From a virus: a stretch of 64,000 bases of DNA. The notes under the pieces were generated by a model. It saw only the letters and a list, made by a program, of their open reading frames with translations, was not told the DNA's origin and did no database searches. How positions within the stretch are numbered: position 1 is the stretch's first letter; the number at the start of each line of letters is the position of its first letter. Positions 15,976 through 24,943 of this stretch are shown here, piece after piece. Both the position numbers and the translations under genes were made by a program. The stretch covers positions 1 through 64,000 of the IMG/VR virus record IMGVR_UViG_3300045988_175441; one strand, given 5' to 3'.

Positions 15976-17234
15976 TAGTTGCTCCCTTCTTTCTTCTTAG
16001 TAGAATTTGAACTTTTTGTCTGTACTTCCTTTGAATCAGATTTCTGTTTTTCATCTTTCTTAGAAGAATCATCAGAACTTTTCGGTTTTTCGTCCTTCTT
16101 ATTCTCGGTTTTCTTCGCTTTAGCTTTTGAGTTTTCAATGAACTTCTGTACCCACTCGTCATCATAGACAACCTTTTCCCCTTTAGCGTCAAAGACGGTC
16201 AAAGAGCCTGTTGACTGGTCGTACTTCTGAATAAAGTATCTCTTGTTCTCAAACGTAAAATACCCTGTAAGACCTGTCTTATCGTTCTGCTTGATAGTAT
16301 CAAAGGCTGTTGTGAGCGACTTAACGTTGGTGTCAAACTCTCCACTAGATAAACCTGCTCCTGCTTCTTCCTTCTTAGGAGCTTCTTCCATGATTTTTGC
16401 GACTTCCTGTTCAGCAAGGCTCGTATTCTTACTGTTAGTATTGATTTGCCAAAAAGCCAATCCACCAATCGCAAGCACGGTAGGGATACCAACTGCAATA
16501 TACTTCAAAACACCGTTTTTCTTACGTTTTTTCACTTTTTTACCCTCGTCTGGTTCAACTTCTGCGTCAGGTTCGTCCGTGTCAGCTTCAACTTCGTTGT
16601 CAGCTTCTTCTGGAAGGTCAACCTCAGTATCTTCTGGTTCTTCTGTCGCTTCTTCAATTTCAGGCTCAGGTTCTTCTGTAGGTTCTACATAGGTTTCTGG
16701 CTCTACTGGTTCAGGAACGGTTGTTTCTGGTTGTTCCTCAACTGGTTCAATCTCAGCTACTTCCTCGCTTACAATCGGTTCTGTAGCTTCTACTGGTTCT
16801 TCAATAGGCTCTTGGACTTCCTCTTTTGGTTTTGGAGAAGCAAGTCTCATTTTCTTCCTTGGAGCAACTGCTTTAGGAGTTCTATCTGTATGCTGTGGAG
16901 CAACTATAATAGAGTTCCCTTCTTTAGTTTCTGCTTCCTTGGGTTGTTCAACCTGTTCTTCTGGCTTGTCTGCCTTCAACTCATTGTATAGAGCCATAAA
17001 GCTATCCTGACCGTTATTCTTAACATAAAGGTCAATCACTAGCCCTACAAGAACATTGTAAAGCTCAGTTTGTTCTTCTGATTTTCCTTGGAACTCATAC
17101 GTCAGGATTTTTGTAAGTTCAGAATCGCTTACTTGACCGTCTTGTAAGAATTGCAACATAGCTTTTAATCGTTGTTGCCCCAAAGCAGGTTGATTATCTA
17201 TTTGCTCTCGCAAGGCTTCATACTTACTAATCAT
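15975..17234 (-). CDS. bitopic protein with a very acidic Glu/Pro-rich linker (419 aa); C-terminal domain paralogous to 31846-32478
   Basis: About 100 aa of EPxE-type repeats, then a TM (GVLKYIAVGIPTVLAIGGLAFW). C-terminal GLTGYFTFENKRYFIQKYDQSTGSLTVFD matches DLTGYFTSNNKIYKVITYDRETGQMYVVE. Confidence 0.65.
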   Translation of the reverse strand: MISKYEALREQIDNQPALGQQRLKAMLQFLQDGQVSDSELTKILTYEFQGKSEEQTELYNVLVGLVIDLYVKNNGQDSFMALYNELKADKPEEQVEQPKEAETKEGNSIIVAPQHTDRTPKAVAPRKKMRLASPKPKEEVQEPIEEPVEATEPIVSEEVAEIEPVEEQPETTVPEPVEPETYVEPTEEPEPEIEEATEEPEDTEVDLPEEADNEVEADTDEPDAEVEPDEGKKVKKRKKNGVLKYIAVGIPTVLAIGGLAFWQINTNSKNTSLAEQEVAKIMEEAPKKEEAGAGLSSGEFDTNVKSLTTAFDTIKQNDKTGLTGYFTFENKRYFIQKYDQSTGSLTVFDAKGEKVVYDDEWVQKFIENSKAKAKKTENKKDEKPKSSDDSSKKDEKQKSDSKEVQTKSSNSTKKKEGSN

Positions 17235-17249
17235 CTGTTCTCCTCTCTA

Positions 17250-17624
17250 TCAATCTACAATTTCAATCTTGTTATCGCTACTCAACTTGTATCTGCCTAA
17301 CTTAATAGACGATACCGTAATTGTTAGCTGTGAACGAACGTGAGTTACTTTTTCAATCTCCATATCGTCCATCGTTACCTTATGCCCACTTTTCATTGAA
17401 TCTACTGGCAAACCTCTGCCATTTGAACCAATTAAGCGAACAAACACTAGTTCTTCCTCGTTAGTAGAATCAACTTTGACATTCTGCAAGATAATTCTAA
17501 TCTCGTCTGATGACTTTTCATAAGCGCAGACTGTTTCAAATTCTGCTTCTTCAAAAATTAAGTCTTGGTTAATTCCTCGAAAGAACATTAGACCTTGTAT
17601 TTTTTCTGCTTCAATAGCTACCAT
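17250..17624 (-). CDS. hypothetical protein (124 aa)
   Basis: Intact ORF. The ATG is preceded by GGGAGAGATTAG. Confidence 0.6.
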   Translation of the reverse strand: MVAIEAEKIQGLMFFRGINQDLIFEEAEFETVCAYEKSSDEIRIILQNVKVDSTNEEELVFVRLIGSNGRGLPVDSMKSGHKVTMDDMEIEKVTHVRSQLTITVSSIKLGRYKLSSDNKIEIVD

Positions 17625-18095
17625 CTAATCTCTCCCACTATAAAATTCTTTCAGGTTTTCTTGTTCTCTATCAATCAGGACAAGACCACCTGTATAGACA
17701 AATAACTTCTCATAAGAGACAACTTTGACGTATGAATCCTCAAAGTCAAACTCTACATAAGGGTTTTCCGAACGCATGACTTGACCTGCCTGTACTTCTC
17801 GGTTAGAAGGCGTGTCAAGATACAAGCGAAATAGTCTGCCTGTATTGTTTGCGACATTGCCATCTTGGTAGGGTGGATAGATTGTGTTATCTTCCTCAAT
17901 CTCTACCAATAGTTTTAATGGCTTAGTGCTTAACACCTCTGCCACCTTTAGTTTTTTGTCTGCAAAAAATCCTTCAATATCAAACGTCTTATAACGCTCA
18001 AAGTTTGTATAGTTCCTTGTCTTTTCATACGTTGGAACGTGTTTTATTGACTTTCTTACTTCCACTTTCTTTTTCCTTCTTTCGTTGCGCTTCAA
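17625..18095 (-). CDS. hypothetical protein (156 aa; start uncertain)
   Basis: Intact ORF. The annotated start overlaps the upstream gene by 70 nt, and no alternative ATG is obvious. Confidence 0.5.
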   Translation of the reverse strand: MKRNERRKKKVEVRKSIKHVPTYEKTRNYTNFERYKTFDIEGFFADKKLKVAEVLSTKPLKLLVEIEEDNTIYPPYQDGNVANNTGRLFRLYLDTPSNREVQAGQVMRSENPYVEFDFEDSYVKVVSYEKLFVYTGGLVLIDREQENLKEFYSGRD

Positions 18096-18525
18096 TTTCT
18101 AAATCGTTTATGTAGTCTAGGAGTTGGATCATCTTAGCAATGCTAAAGTGAAATTCCTTATCTCCTGTATAGAGCTGTCTAATGCTATTGGTTGCAATAG
18201 CAGAACCAACTTCATCTGTCTCCTTCAATTCTTTTCTCCACTTGAAAAAGAACTGCTTATCTCGGTCAAATATCTTGCGTAGTTTTTTCTCAAAGTATTT
18301 GCCCTTCTTATGTTTATCTAAAATTTTACATAGTTGCAGGATAACTGTACCTCGCAACCTAAAGAACTTCTCTTTATCTTTCGTATAGAAGATTTTAGAG
18401 GTAGTTCCGATTTTCATTCCACTTACTACAAAGTCTTTAGGAGCAAGTTTATTTTCTTCAATAAACTGCATGATTTCATCTGTTAGAGCATTATATTCTT
18501 TTTCAATAATCTTATGTTTTTGCAA
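18025..18525 (-). CDS. hypothetical basic protein (166 aa), first gene of the leftward transfer operon
   Basis: TTG start preceded by AGAGAGGAGATAAAC. Lys-rich. Confidence 0.55.
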   Translation of the reverse strand: MQKHKIIEKEYNALTDEIMQFIEENKLAPKDFVVSGMKIGTTSKIFYTKDKEKFFRLRGTVILQLCKILDKHKKGKYFEKKLRKIFDRDKQFFFKWRKELKETDEVGSAIATNSIRQLYTGDKEFHFSIAKMIQLLDYINDLEIEAQRKKEKESGSKKVNKTRSNV

Positions 18526-18560
18526 GTTTATCTCCTCTCTTTGTTGTTTTTATATAATCT

Positions 18561-18589
18561 ATAATACCATTATTATTTCTATCTTACAA
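18561..18589 (-). promoter_or_regulatory. promoter of the leftward transfer operon
   Basis: The minus strand reads TTGTAA-17-TGGTATTAT. It is divergent from the parA promoter, which has the same AATGGTATTAT -10 region. Confidence 0.55.
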
Positions 18590-18647
18590 CTATATAAATA
18601 AAGGTTTTTATAATTTTAAAAAAATTAAACTTTTTTTATCTTTTCTA

Positions 18648-18750
18648 TTGACATGAGTTTTTCATTATGGTATTATTAAATCGTGTTAAGTGATTATATT
18701 TTTGTGTCTGATGATTATTTTTTGATTTATCTCAACACAAAAAGATAACC
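18648..18750 (+). promoter_or_regulatory. parA promoter with three downstream operator copies
   Basis: TTGACA (18648-18653), 17-nt spacer, TGGTATTAT (-10 at 18671-18676). Operators at 18692-18707 and 18713-18728 (direct) and 18734-18750 (inverted). Confidence 0.7.
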
Positions 18751-18779
18751 ACAATCTTATATTATTTCAGGAGTATATT

Positions 18780-19622
18780 ATGAAAGTTGTCACTGTCTCT
18801 TCCCTTAAAGGGGGAGTAGGGAAATCCGACCTCTCAACAATAATAGCCGATTTCCTTTCATACTATGGTAGGGTTTTATTGATTGACGCAAATCGTCAAG
18901 GAGACACGTCTAAACGGTTTATCTATCAAGAAAACGAAGAAGGAAAAACTGTTGATATTTCTTCTGAGGAAAATCTCTTTGAAAATATCTTCCGTAAAAA
19001 GCCTGTTGTTCCTTTGACTGTCAAAGACAACCTTGACCTACTTGTAGCTACTAAGAGCTTGAAAGAGGTCGAAGCTCACGTTGAACACATGGAACGTAAA
19101 AGTCCACTTATCTTCAAACGCTGGCTTAAACGTTCTAAACTGAAAGACTACTACAAGTATGTAGTGATCGACACTCACAATAGCGAAGGTATCTTGCTTG
19201 ATAACTTCTACCTAGCTAGTGACCTGTTAATCGCAGTTGCAGGTTCAGGGCGTTGCGAAATGGACGGAGCTATCGGTGTATATGACCGTGTAGAAGCTCT
19301 TAAAAATGATGATAACCTTGTCAATGATGATGACGAGCCTATCATGAAAGCTAAAGTCGTCTTTGTTGGGAACTTGCTTAAGTCTGGTGGTGGTTCTCAT
19401 GGCGTTACTGCTACAAATGAATACCTAGAACAGACCAAGGATAATGAACTATTCATTACTAATATCTGGGAGCGTAACATTTTCCGTGACGCAAGCGCAG
19501 AAAACAAAACGGTTTTTGACATTATGAAGCGCTCTAAGTATCGTAATAAAAGTTTTGAAAAATACTTTGCCAAGCTACAAGAAAGCCTTGAAACAATCAA
19601 GCACGCTATTGACGTAGCATAA
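18780..19622 (+). CDS. parA: ParA/Soj-family partition ATPase (280 aa)
   Basis: Deviant Walker A SLKGGVGKSDLS, then LLIDANRQGD. Confidence 0.9.
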   Translation: MKVVTVSSLKGGVGKSDLSTIIADFLSYYGRVLLIDANRQGDTSKRFIYQENEEGKTVDISSEENLFENIFRKKPVVPLTVKDNLDLLVATKSLKEVEAHVEHMERKSPLIFKRWLKRSKLKDYYKYVVIDTHNSEGILLDNFYLASDLLIAVAGSGRCEMDGAIGVYDRVEALKNDDNLVNDDDEPIMKAKVVFVGNLLKSGGGSHGVTATNEYLEQTKDNELFITNIWERNIFRDASAENKTVFDIMKRSKYRNKSFEKYFAKLQESLETIKHAIDVA

Positions 19623-19636
19623 ATTAAACATATTTT

Positions 19637-19695
19637 GATTATCATTTTGTGTTGGGATATTATTTTTATAATCATTTCAACACAATAGAATAATC
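19637..19695. promoter_or_regulatory. operator cluster between parA and the RHH gene
   Basis: GATTATCATTTTGTGTT at 19637-19653, a degenerate copy at 19656-19673 and an inverted copy AACACAATAGAATAATC at 19679-19695. Confidence 0.6.
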
Positions 19696-19742
19696 TTGAA
19701 ACACTATTTTATAATTCAGAAATTAAGAAAGAGGAAATTAAA

Positions 19743-20291
19743 ATGGCATTTAAACTACCAACTAAACAACCTACTAAAACAAACAAGAGAATTGTCTTGG
19801 ACGCTATTGATACAGACGAACCAACACCTGTTGAAGCTCCTAAGAAGAAAGTTGCTAAGAAACCTGCTAAAAAGAAAGCAGAAGCGAAGAAAGAGCCTGT
19901 TGTAGAAACTACAGAGCAGACCAACACTTTCTTCCATAAGCTCCAAATTAGTGAGCCTAAACATGAAAAACTTTCAACAAATATCTCAGACGCAAACTTG
20001 CGTAAGCTAGAGCGTCTGATTAAAGCAGGTTGCCAAAACAAATCTAAGGCAATCGGAGCAATCCTTGACGCTTTTGACGTGGATAAGGCTATTGAAGAAC
20101 CTACATTCTTTGTAAAGAACACCATCACGAACGATTCACGCCACAATCGTCTCAATATCTCCATGACACCTTCTCAACGTGAGAAGCTAATGCGTGTAGC
20201 TCATGCAGGACTTGGAAATATTGCCCTTGCGTTCTCATGTATCTTGAACGCCTTTGACGTGGAAGAAGCCTTGAAGAATATGGAAGAATAA
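19743..20291 (+). CDS. tandem ribbon-helix-helix protein with Lys-rich N-terminal tail (182 aa); candidate centromere-binding protein and global repressor
   Basis: Two internal repeats fit a strand-helix-helix pattern: KLSTNISDANLRKLERLIKAG..SKAIGAILDAFDVDKAIEE and RLNISMTPSQREKLMRVAHAG..NIALAFSCILNAFDVEEALKN. It lies immediately downstream of parA. Confidence 0.55.
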   Translation: MAFKLPTKQPTKTNKRIVLDAIDTDEPTPVEAPKKKVAKKPAKKKAEAKKEPVVETTEQTNTFFHKLQISEPKHEKLSTNISDANLRKLERLIKAGCQNKSKAIGAILDAFDVDKAIEEPTFFVKNTITNDSRHNRLNISMTPSQREKLMRVAHAGLGNIALAFSCILNAFDVEEALKNMEE

Positions 20292-20317
20292 GCTAGATTA
20301 TTTTCTAGCTTATTTTT
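20291..20317 (+). terminator. intrinsic terminator
   Basis: AGCTAGA (20291-20297) / TCTAGCT (20304-20310), followed by TATTTTT. Confidence 0.6.
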
Positions 20318-20376
20318 ATTATCTTTTTGTGTTACTGGACACCTTTTTATGTGTTTATGTATTATTTTTACGTTTT
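20317..20376 (+). promoter_or_regulatory. three direct operator copies downstream of the par genes
   Basis: Copies end at 20333, 20355 and 20376, giving 21-22 bp phasing. Confidence 0.55.
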
Positions 20377-20384
20377 AAGAAATT

Positions 20385-20414
20385 AAAAAAACGTGTTATA
20401 AAACACGCTTTTTT
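20385..20414. terminator. bidirectional terminator between convergent genes
   Basis: ACGTGTT (20391-20397) / AACACG(C)T (20402-20409), flanked by A7 and T6. Confidence 0.6.
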
Positions 20415-20790
20415 AATTCCCTGAAATAATCTTCCCTGTTGCTGAATCGAAGTCTATTTTCAGTTCTTTCAAATATTTCTTGACGGTTGGCTCTTGGACG
20501 TTGAGCGCCATAGCAATCTGAGCAACACTCTTAAAGCTACCCTTCTTAACACCTGCAAGTAAGGCTGTCTGTCGGTCAGATTTCCCCATAGATGATGATA
20601 AGCCCATGTTTGACTGAGCGTTCCGTAAACCTGTTCCTCTTGACGCTTCTCTTGAATAATCGGCAATTTCTCTACTAGACATGACCTTACGCTCGCTTCT
20701 ACGAGTGATGACGCTTGGATCATACGTTGTCACGACCTCGCCTGTACTTGTACTACTCTTTTTGAAAAAATCGTTAGGATTGTACCCCAT
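20413..20790 (-). CDS. DNA-binding protein with C-terminal helix-turn-helix (125 aa)
   Basis: SVAQIAMALNVQEPTVKKYLKEL is a typical HTH. The N-terminal half is Ser/Arg-rich and probably disordered. Confidence 0.55.
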   Translation of the reverse strand: MGYNPNDFFKKSSTSTGEVVTTYDPSVITRRSERKVMSSREIADYSREASRGTGLRNAQSNMGLSSSMGKSDRQTALLAGVKKGSFKSVAQIAMALNVQEPTVKKYLKELKIDFDSATGKIISGN

Positions 20791-20868
20791 TTTTTGAACT
20801 CCTTATTTTGTTTGAGACTATTTTATCATTTTTCGATAATTTTTTCAAGAATATTTTTTCTTAAAATG

Positions 20869-20897
20869 CTGATTTTTCAAAGGACTTTTGGTATAAT
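20869..20897 (+). promoter_or_regulatory. extended -10 promoter (TGGTATAAT)
   Basis: TTTTGGTATAAT with the -10 at 20892-20897. The -35 is poor. Confidence 0.45.
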
Positions 20898-20938
20898 AGT
20901 TGTGAATAATAATTTATTTTAACAAACAAAGGAGCAAC

Positions 20939-21190
20939 ATGGAAACAGAATACATTGAGAAATTGATTGAGTTTGCTTGTAACCGTATCATGACTGACCT
21001 GAAAGAAGGGAAGTTTACTGCCTACTTTATAGCGCAACAAATCGGTATTACTCGCAAGTCTGTCCTACACTTAGTAGAGAACGGTTGGGAGCAAGCACGA
21101 TACAGTACGATTACTGGCTTGATTGAGTTTTACGAAAAACACTATGGAGTTATCAGTCTCCCTAAAACTGATGAAGATTACAAACTATAA
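20939..21190 (+). CDS. small HTH protein (83 aa)
   Basis: FIAQQIGITRKSVLHLVENG is an HTH-like segment. RBS is AAAGGAGCAAC. Confidence 0.5.
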   Translation: METEYIEKLIEFACNRIMTDLKEGKFTAYFIAQQIGITRKSVLHLVENGWEQARYSTITGLIEFYEKHYGVISLPKTDEDYKL

Positions 21191-21199
21191 GGAGTACCT

Positions 21200-23830
21200 A
21201 TGAGTTCCAAAAGTTCAAAGAAGAAAAAGAAAAAGAAACTACAGAGGTATTACAAGAACGGTAAGAACGTTTATCCTTACGCAAAGGCTTCTAGGTTTTT
21301 GTGGGGTTCAGGATTTACCGTTACTATCCTTGCAGGGTTAATCGTAGCAACCCAACTGATACTGTTCCTGTTACAAAAACTAGCCTTAATGATTCAGGGG
21401 GTAGTAGGATTTAATAGTAAGCTAGGTAAAAACCTAGACAACTTTATCTACATAAAACTACCTTTGGGTGGGATTTTAAAACCCTTATTGGCTGTCCTGC
21501 TGTTTATTGTTCTTGCTTATCTGGTAACTATTGCCTTACGTCATCACGAAGGAGAACTACAGCCCTTTAAAGACGATAACATGGCTAGAGCTATCCGTAG
21601 AGACGTTATCAAAAACCTAGAGCTAAACGTACTGGACTATGACGACAAAGGCAAGATCAAGAACTCTAAACAGGATATAAAAGCTCGTGAGATATTAAGA
21701 CGTATGGCTATTGAAGTCCATACCAGAAAAGAAGTAAACGGAAGTGACTTTCTTTCAATCGCAACCGTCAAGATCGAACGACCAAAAAACAAGGCTATCC
21801 GTAAAGTGCTTGAAGGCACGTTCTTTAAGGACTTACCTAGTGAGTTGACTTTTGCGACAGAGGAGCTGTTTGCCTTCTCAGAACGCTTGACTGAAAAAGA
21901 GTTCTATTTCTTTGAAGCGAAGGCTATCGTAACCGAAGAATACGTCTATAAGATTGAGGAAGCGCAGAAGAAACTACAAGAAGCTCTTGGCAAAGGTAAA
22001 AAGTCTGGCAATGGTTCTGATGAAGTTGAAATTGTTGATACAGGTATTTTCACAAAAGAAAAAGCCTCTTGGGATATTGAGGTTCTGTACGATAAGAAAC
22101 TACAAGAAAAGATCGAAGAACAAACCAAACTTGCAAATGAAGAAGTCGCAAACCTCTATCTTTCACTTGAAACCTTTATCAGTTCTAACGAAAAAGTAAA
22201 CCTGCAATTTGTTAGTATGAGAGCAACAAACTCTAACGCTCAATTTACTTACACGAAGCCAAAAGGTGTAAATAACATGGGTACAGAGCAGATGAAGGAG
22301 AACTTGGAAAGTGACTTGGGTAAGCAGGATATAAATATTACTCTAAGAGCAGGTCAGATTATCATTCAGATTCCACTTGATAATAAGATTACTGCTGACG
22401 CTTACACCAACTTTATGAAAGCCTTTTTTGGCAAGAAAGACTTGCCACCACTACAAGCCTTAGTTGGGGTTGATACAGAAGGTGCACCAAGAACTTATGA
22501 CCTTGCGACAGCTCCACATATCCTGACAGCAGGTACAACTGGTTCTGGTAAGTCGGTTGGTATCAACATGATTTATTTGTCTATCATCTTGCGTAATAGC
22601 CCTGATGTTGTTAAATTCATCATCATTGATCCGAAGAAAACAGAGTTTACACCTTACAAGCGAAGCCCTTATCTCTATACAGACGTTATTACAGATATGG
22701 ACGGTGCTAAAAATGCCTTTAATGCTGTTGTAACTGAAATGGAGCGAAGAAATAGCTTGTTTGAGGAAATTGGGGTTCGTAATCTACAGACCTACAACCA
22801 GAAAGTATCTCCTGAAAAGAGAGAGCCTTACCTTATCCTGATTGCAGACGAGGTAGCAGACCTTATCATGACAAACGGAGACGAGGTAGAGGATTCAATG
22901 CAACGTCTAGGTCAAAAAGCCCGTTCAGCAGGTATCTTGATTCACATTGCAACTCAGACACCACGAGCTGATATTATCAAGGGTAAAATTAAGGCTAACT
23001 TGCCTTCTCAGATTGTCTATAAGGTTGCTAACAGCATTGAAAGTGATATTGCGATTGGAGAATCAGGAGCAGAACGCTTGCTTGGTAAAGGAGACACTTA
23101 CGTTAAGTGGTCGGATAACCCTAACCTTGTTCGTGTTCAAGGTGTATTCCTGACAGATGAAAATATCAATGACATTATTGATTCAACGATTCAAAAATAT
23201 CCTGATGAACGTTACTACAATGAACGTGTACCTATGGACGCTTTTGAAGATGGATTCATCAAACCTAAAGAACTTGGGGATATTTCAAAAGGTTCAGTTT
23301 ATCGCTACGCCATCAAGCACCAAAAAAGTCCTGTCATAGACGAGGACATGGACGAGCAGGACATAGTTATTCCTAGCCAAGAAAAGCCAAAGGGTACACC
23401 TGCTATTGCTTCTGCTCAACCTTACGAAACAACGAGTGTTCACAAAGAGAGTTTTGAGGAGTACAGGAAGCGTTATGAAGAAAAGAACGCCCAAACTGCC
23501 CTAGAGCTAGATGACATACTAGGCACTCGAAAGCGCAAAGTAGAAGCCTTGATAAACCAGATGAACCTTGATAAAGAAAAAGAACAGGAACAGGAGCAAG
23601 AAAAGGAAATTCCACAACTAGATCATGAGGTGGAAGAAGCGATTGAGGAACGTGTCTCACATACTGAGCCTGAGCCTACAACACCTGTTGACAAGGAAGC
23701 TATTGCTAATGAACTCTATCCTGATGGCACTACTCCAACCGAAGAAGTGAAGAAGGATAACTCAATCCTTCCTAAACCAATTCCGAAGGATTGGAAGTTC
23801 AGAAAAACTGGAAATAGAGGGAAAATGTAG
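21200..23830 (+). CDS. FtsK/SpoIIIE-family DNA translocase, candidate type IV coupling protein (876 aa)
   Basis: N-terminal TM segments. Walker A GTTGSGKS, Walker B LILIADEVADL, and IHIATQTPRADIIKGKIKANLPSQIVYKV...GAERLLGKGD, which matches the FtsK motor signature. Glu/Lys-rich tail. Confidence 0.85.
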   Translation: MSSKSSKKKKKKKLQRYYKNGKNVYPYAKASRFLWGSGFTVTILAGLIVATQLILFLLQKLALMIQGVVGFNSKLGKNLDNFIYIKLPLGGILKPLLAVLLFIVLAYLVTIALRHHEGELQPFKDDNMARAIRRDVIKNLELNVLDYDDKGKIKNSKQDIKAREILRRMAIEVHTRKEVNGSDFLSIATVKIERPKNKAIRKVLEGTFFKDLPSELTFATEELFAFSERLTEKEFYFFEAKAIVTEEYVYKIEEAQKKLQEALGKGKKSGNGSDEVEIVDTGIFTKEKASWDIEVLYDKKLQEKIEEQTKLANEEVANLYLSLETFISSNEKVNLQFVSMRATNSNAQFTYTKPKGVNNMGTEQMKENLESDLGKQDINITLRAGQIIIQIPLDNKITADAYTNFMKAFFGKKDLPPLQALVGVDTEGAPRTYDLATAPHILTAGTTGSGKSVGINMIYLSIILRNSPDVVKFIIIDPKKTEFTPYKRSPYLYTDVITDMDGAKNAFNAVVTEMERRNSLFEEIGVRNLQTYNQKVSPEKREPYLILIADEVADLIMTNGDEVEDSMQRLGQKARSAGILIHIATQTPRADIIKGKIKANLPSQIVYKVANSIESDIAIGESGAERLLGKGDTYVKWSDNPNLVRVQGVFLTDENINDIIDSTIQKYPDERYYNERVPMDAFEDGFIKPKELGDISKGSVYRYAIKHQKSPVIDEDMDEQDIVIPSQEKPKGTPAIASAQPYETTSVHKESFEEYRKRYEEKNAQTALELDDILGTRKRKVEALINQMNLDKEKEQEQEQEKEIPQLDHEVEEAIEERVSHTEPEPTTPVDKEAIANELYPDGTTPTEEVKKDNSILPKPIPKDWKFRKTGNRGKM

Positions 23831-23863
23831 TGTTTCACATGAAATTAGGAGAATTAAGAAAGT

Positions 23864-24535
23864 ATGAATAGACTAAAATTACTTTGGTTGAGGGTTGACC
23901 TTTGGTTCAACCCCTACAAGTACAATGAGGAAGGTATAAAAGCCCTCTATGCTCACAAGAATCCTAAAGAAAAGGTCAAAGGGCTTAGCAAACAGCAAGT
24001 AGTGGATAGCAACATGATTGCTCTTAATATCACTACTGTTGATAGACCTATTGAACTGGCTAATGGTATTAAGGAGCTTGAAAGCAGACCTTTTGATAAT
24101 GGTATTTACTACCACGATAACCATTACCATCAATACCTAATCAAGTATGACAAGGGTTCTGGTAAAAGATACCAAGCACGAAACGGTAGCAAGCGTAGTC
24201 GCTATAAGAAACACTTGAAAATCTATCCTAAGAACGTAGCTCGCTATGATCTTACACATATCAATTCTATTGGATTCCACGGAGACGAAACCTTCTGTAT
24301 CGGTTTTGACAGCAAACTCAACCAAGAGGACATGAATAGGTTTGAGGAAAAGGTAAGAGCTGTCAACAACAAACAGCCTATTTACTGGTTTACGGATATT
24401 CAACTACAGGAAGATTATTCTGCTGTTTGGGTAGCAACCATTGTTTCCTTAGACGGAGAAATCCTGCTCCAAGAGATATTTCATGATCACTCTAATTTCC
24501 ATTGGGAAATTGAGTGGAAACGTAAGGTGGGATAA
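23864..24535 (+). CDS. hypothetical His/Tyr-rich protein (223 aa) downstream of the coupling protein
   Basis: Intact ORF with RBS TAGGAGAA. Contains YYHDNHYHQYLIKY. Confidence 0.6.
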   Translation: MNRLKLLWLRVDLWFNPYKYNEEGIKALYAHKNPKEKVKGLSKQQVVDSNMIALNITTVDRPIELANGIKELESRPFDNGIYYHDNHYHQYLIKYDKGSGKRYQARNGSKRSRYKKHLKIYPKNVARYDLTHINSIGFHGDETFCIGFDSKLNQEDMNRFEEKVRAVNNKQPIYWFTDIQLQEDYSAVWVATIVSLDGEILLQEIFHDHSNFHWEIEWKRKVG

Positions 24536-24933
24536 TGCAAGAGACCTACGACAAAAAAGCCAATGTTTTCTGTAAGGTTCGTATGCTCAATGGCACGCGC
24601 CTTACTTATCAATTCCCTAACGACCTGAGAAAAGCTATGCTACAGTCTTATCACGAAGGGAACTTAAAAGAAATCCTGAACGGAGCTTTAATCAATGTTC
24701 CTACGACCAAGTACAATAAAAAAGGGCAAGCAACCCTTCACTTAGGAAAGATTACGCAGGTTTTCATAGCAACTCATAAAAGCAGATGGCGTACCAGAGG
24801 ACAATTCCTGACAAGTGATAACTGGCAGGGAGAACTTAATAAAGCAGATATTCGATTCTTACTACACGACCACTCTTTCTTGAATAAAGTCAGGATTCGT
24901 CTGGACTTGTTCAAGTGGAGAAGTCGCTTATAA
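24535..24933 (+). CDS. hypothetical basic protein (132 aa)
   Basis: TAATG-coupled start after AAGGTGGGA. Confidence 0.6.
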   Translation: MQETYDKKANVFCKVRMLNGTRLTYQFPNDLRKAMLQSYHEGNLKEILNGALINVPTTKYNKKGQATLHLGKITQVFIATHKSRWRTRGQFLTSDNWQGELNKADIRFLLHDHSFLNKVRIRLDLFKWRSRL

Positions 24934-24943
24934 ATAAAAAAAG

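Noticed and set aside
17625-18525. A 70-nt overlap between 18025-18525 and 17625-18095, containing an A-rich tract, considered as a programmed frameshift site.
   Set aside because: No slippery heptamer or downstream structure is evident. An overlap or a mis-assigned start is the simpler explanation.
21200-23830. FtsK/SpoIIIE ATPases considered as markers of a type VII (ESX/Ess) secretion system.
   Set aside because: Each protein has a single motor domain, whereas EssC has two or three plus FHA domains. No WXG100-like small proteins or EsaA/EssA/EssB-like genes were seen. The context (peptidoglycan hydrolase, VirB6-like protein, ssb, par, rep) fits conjugation.
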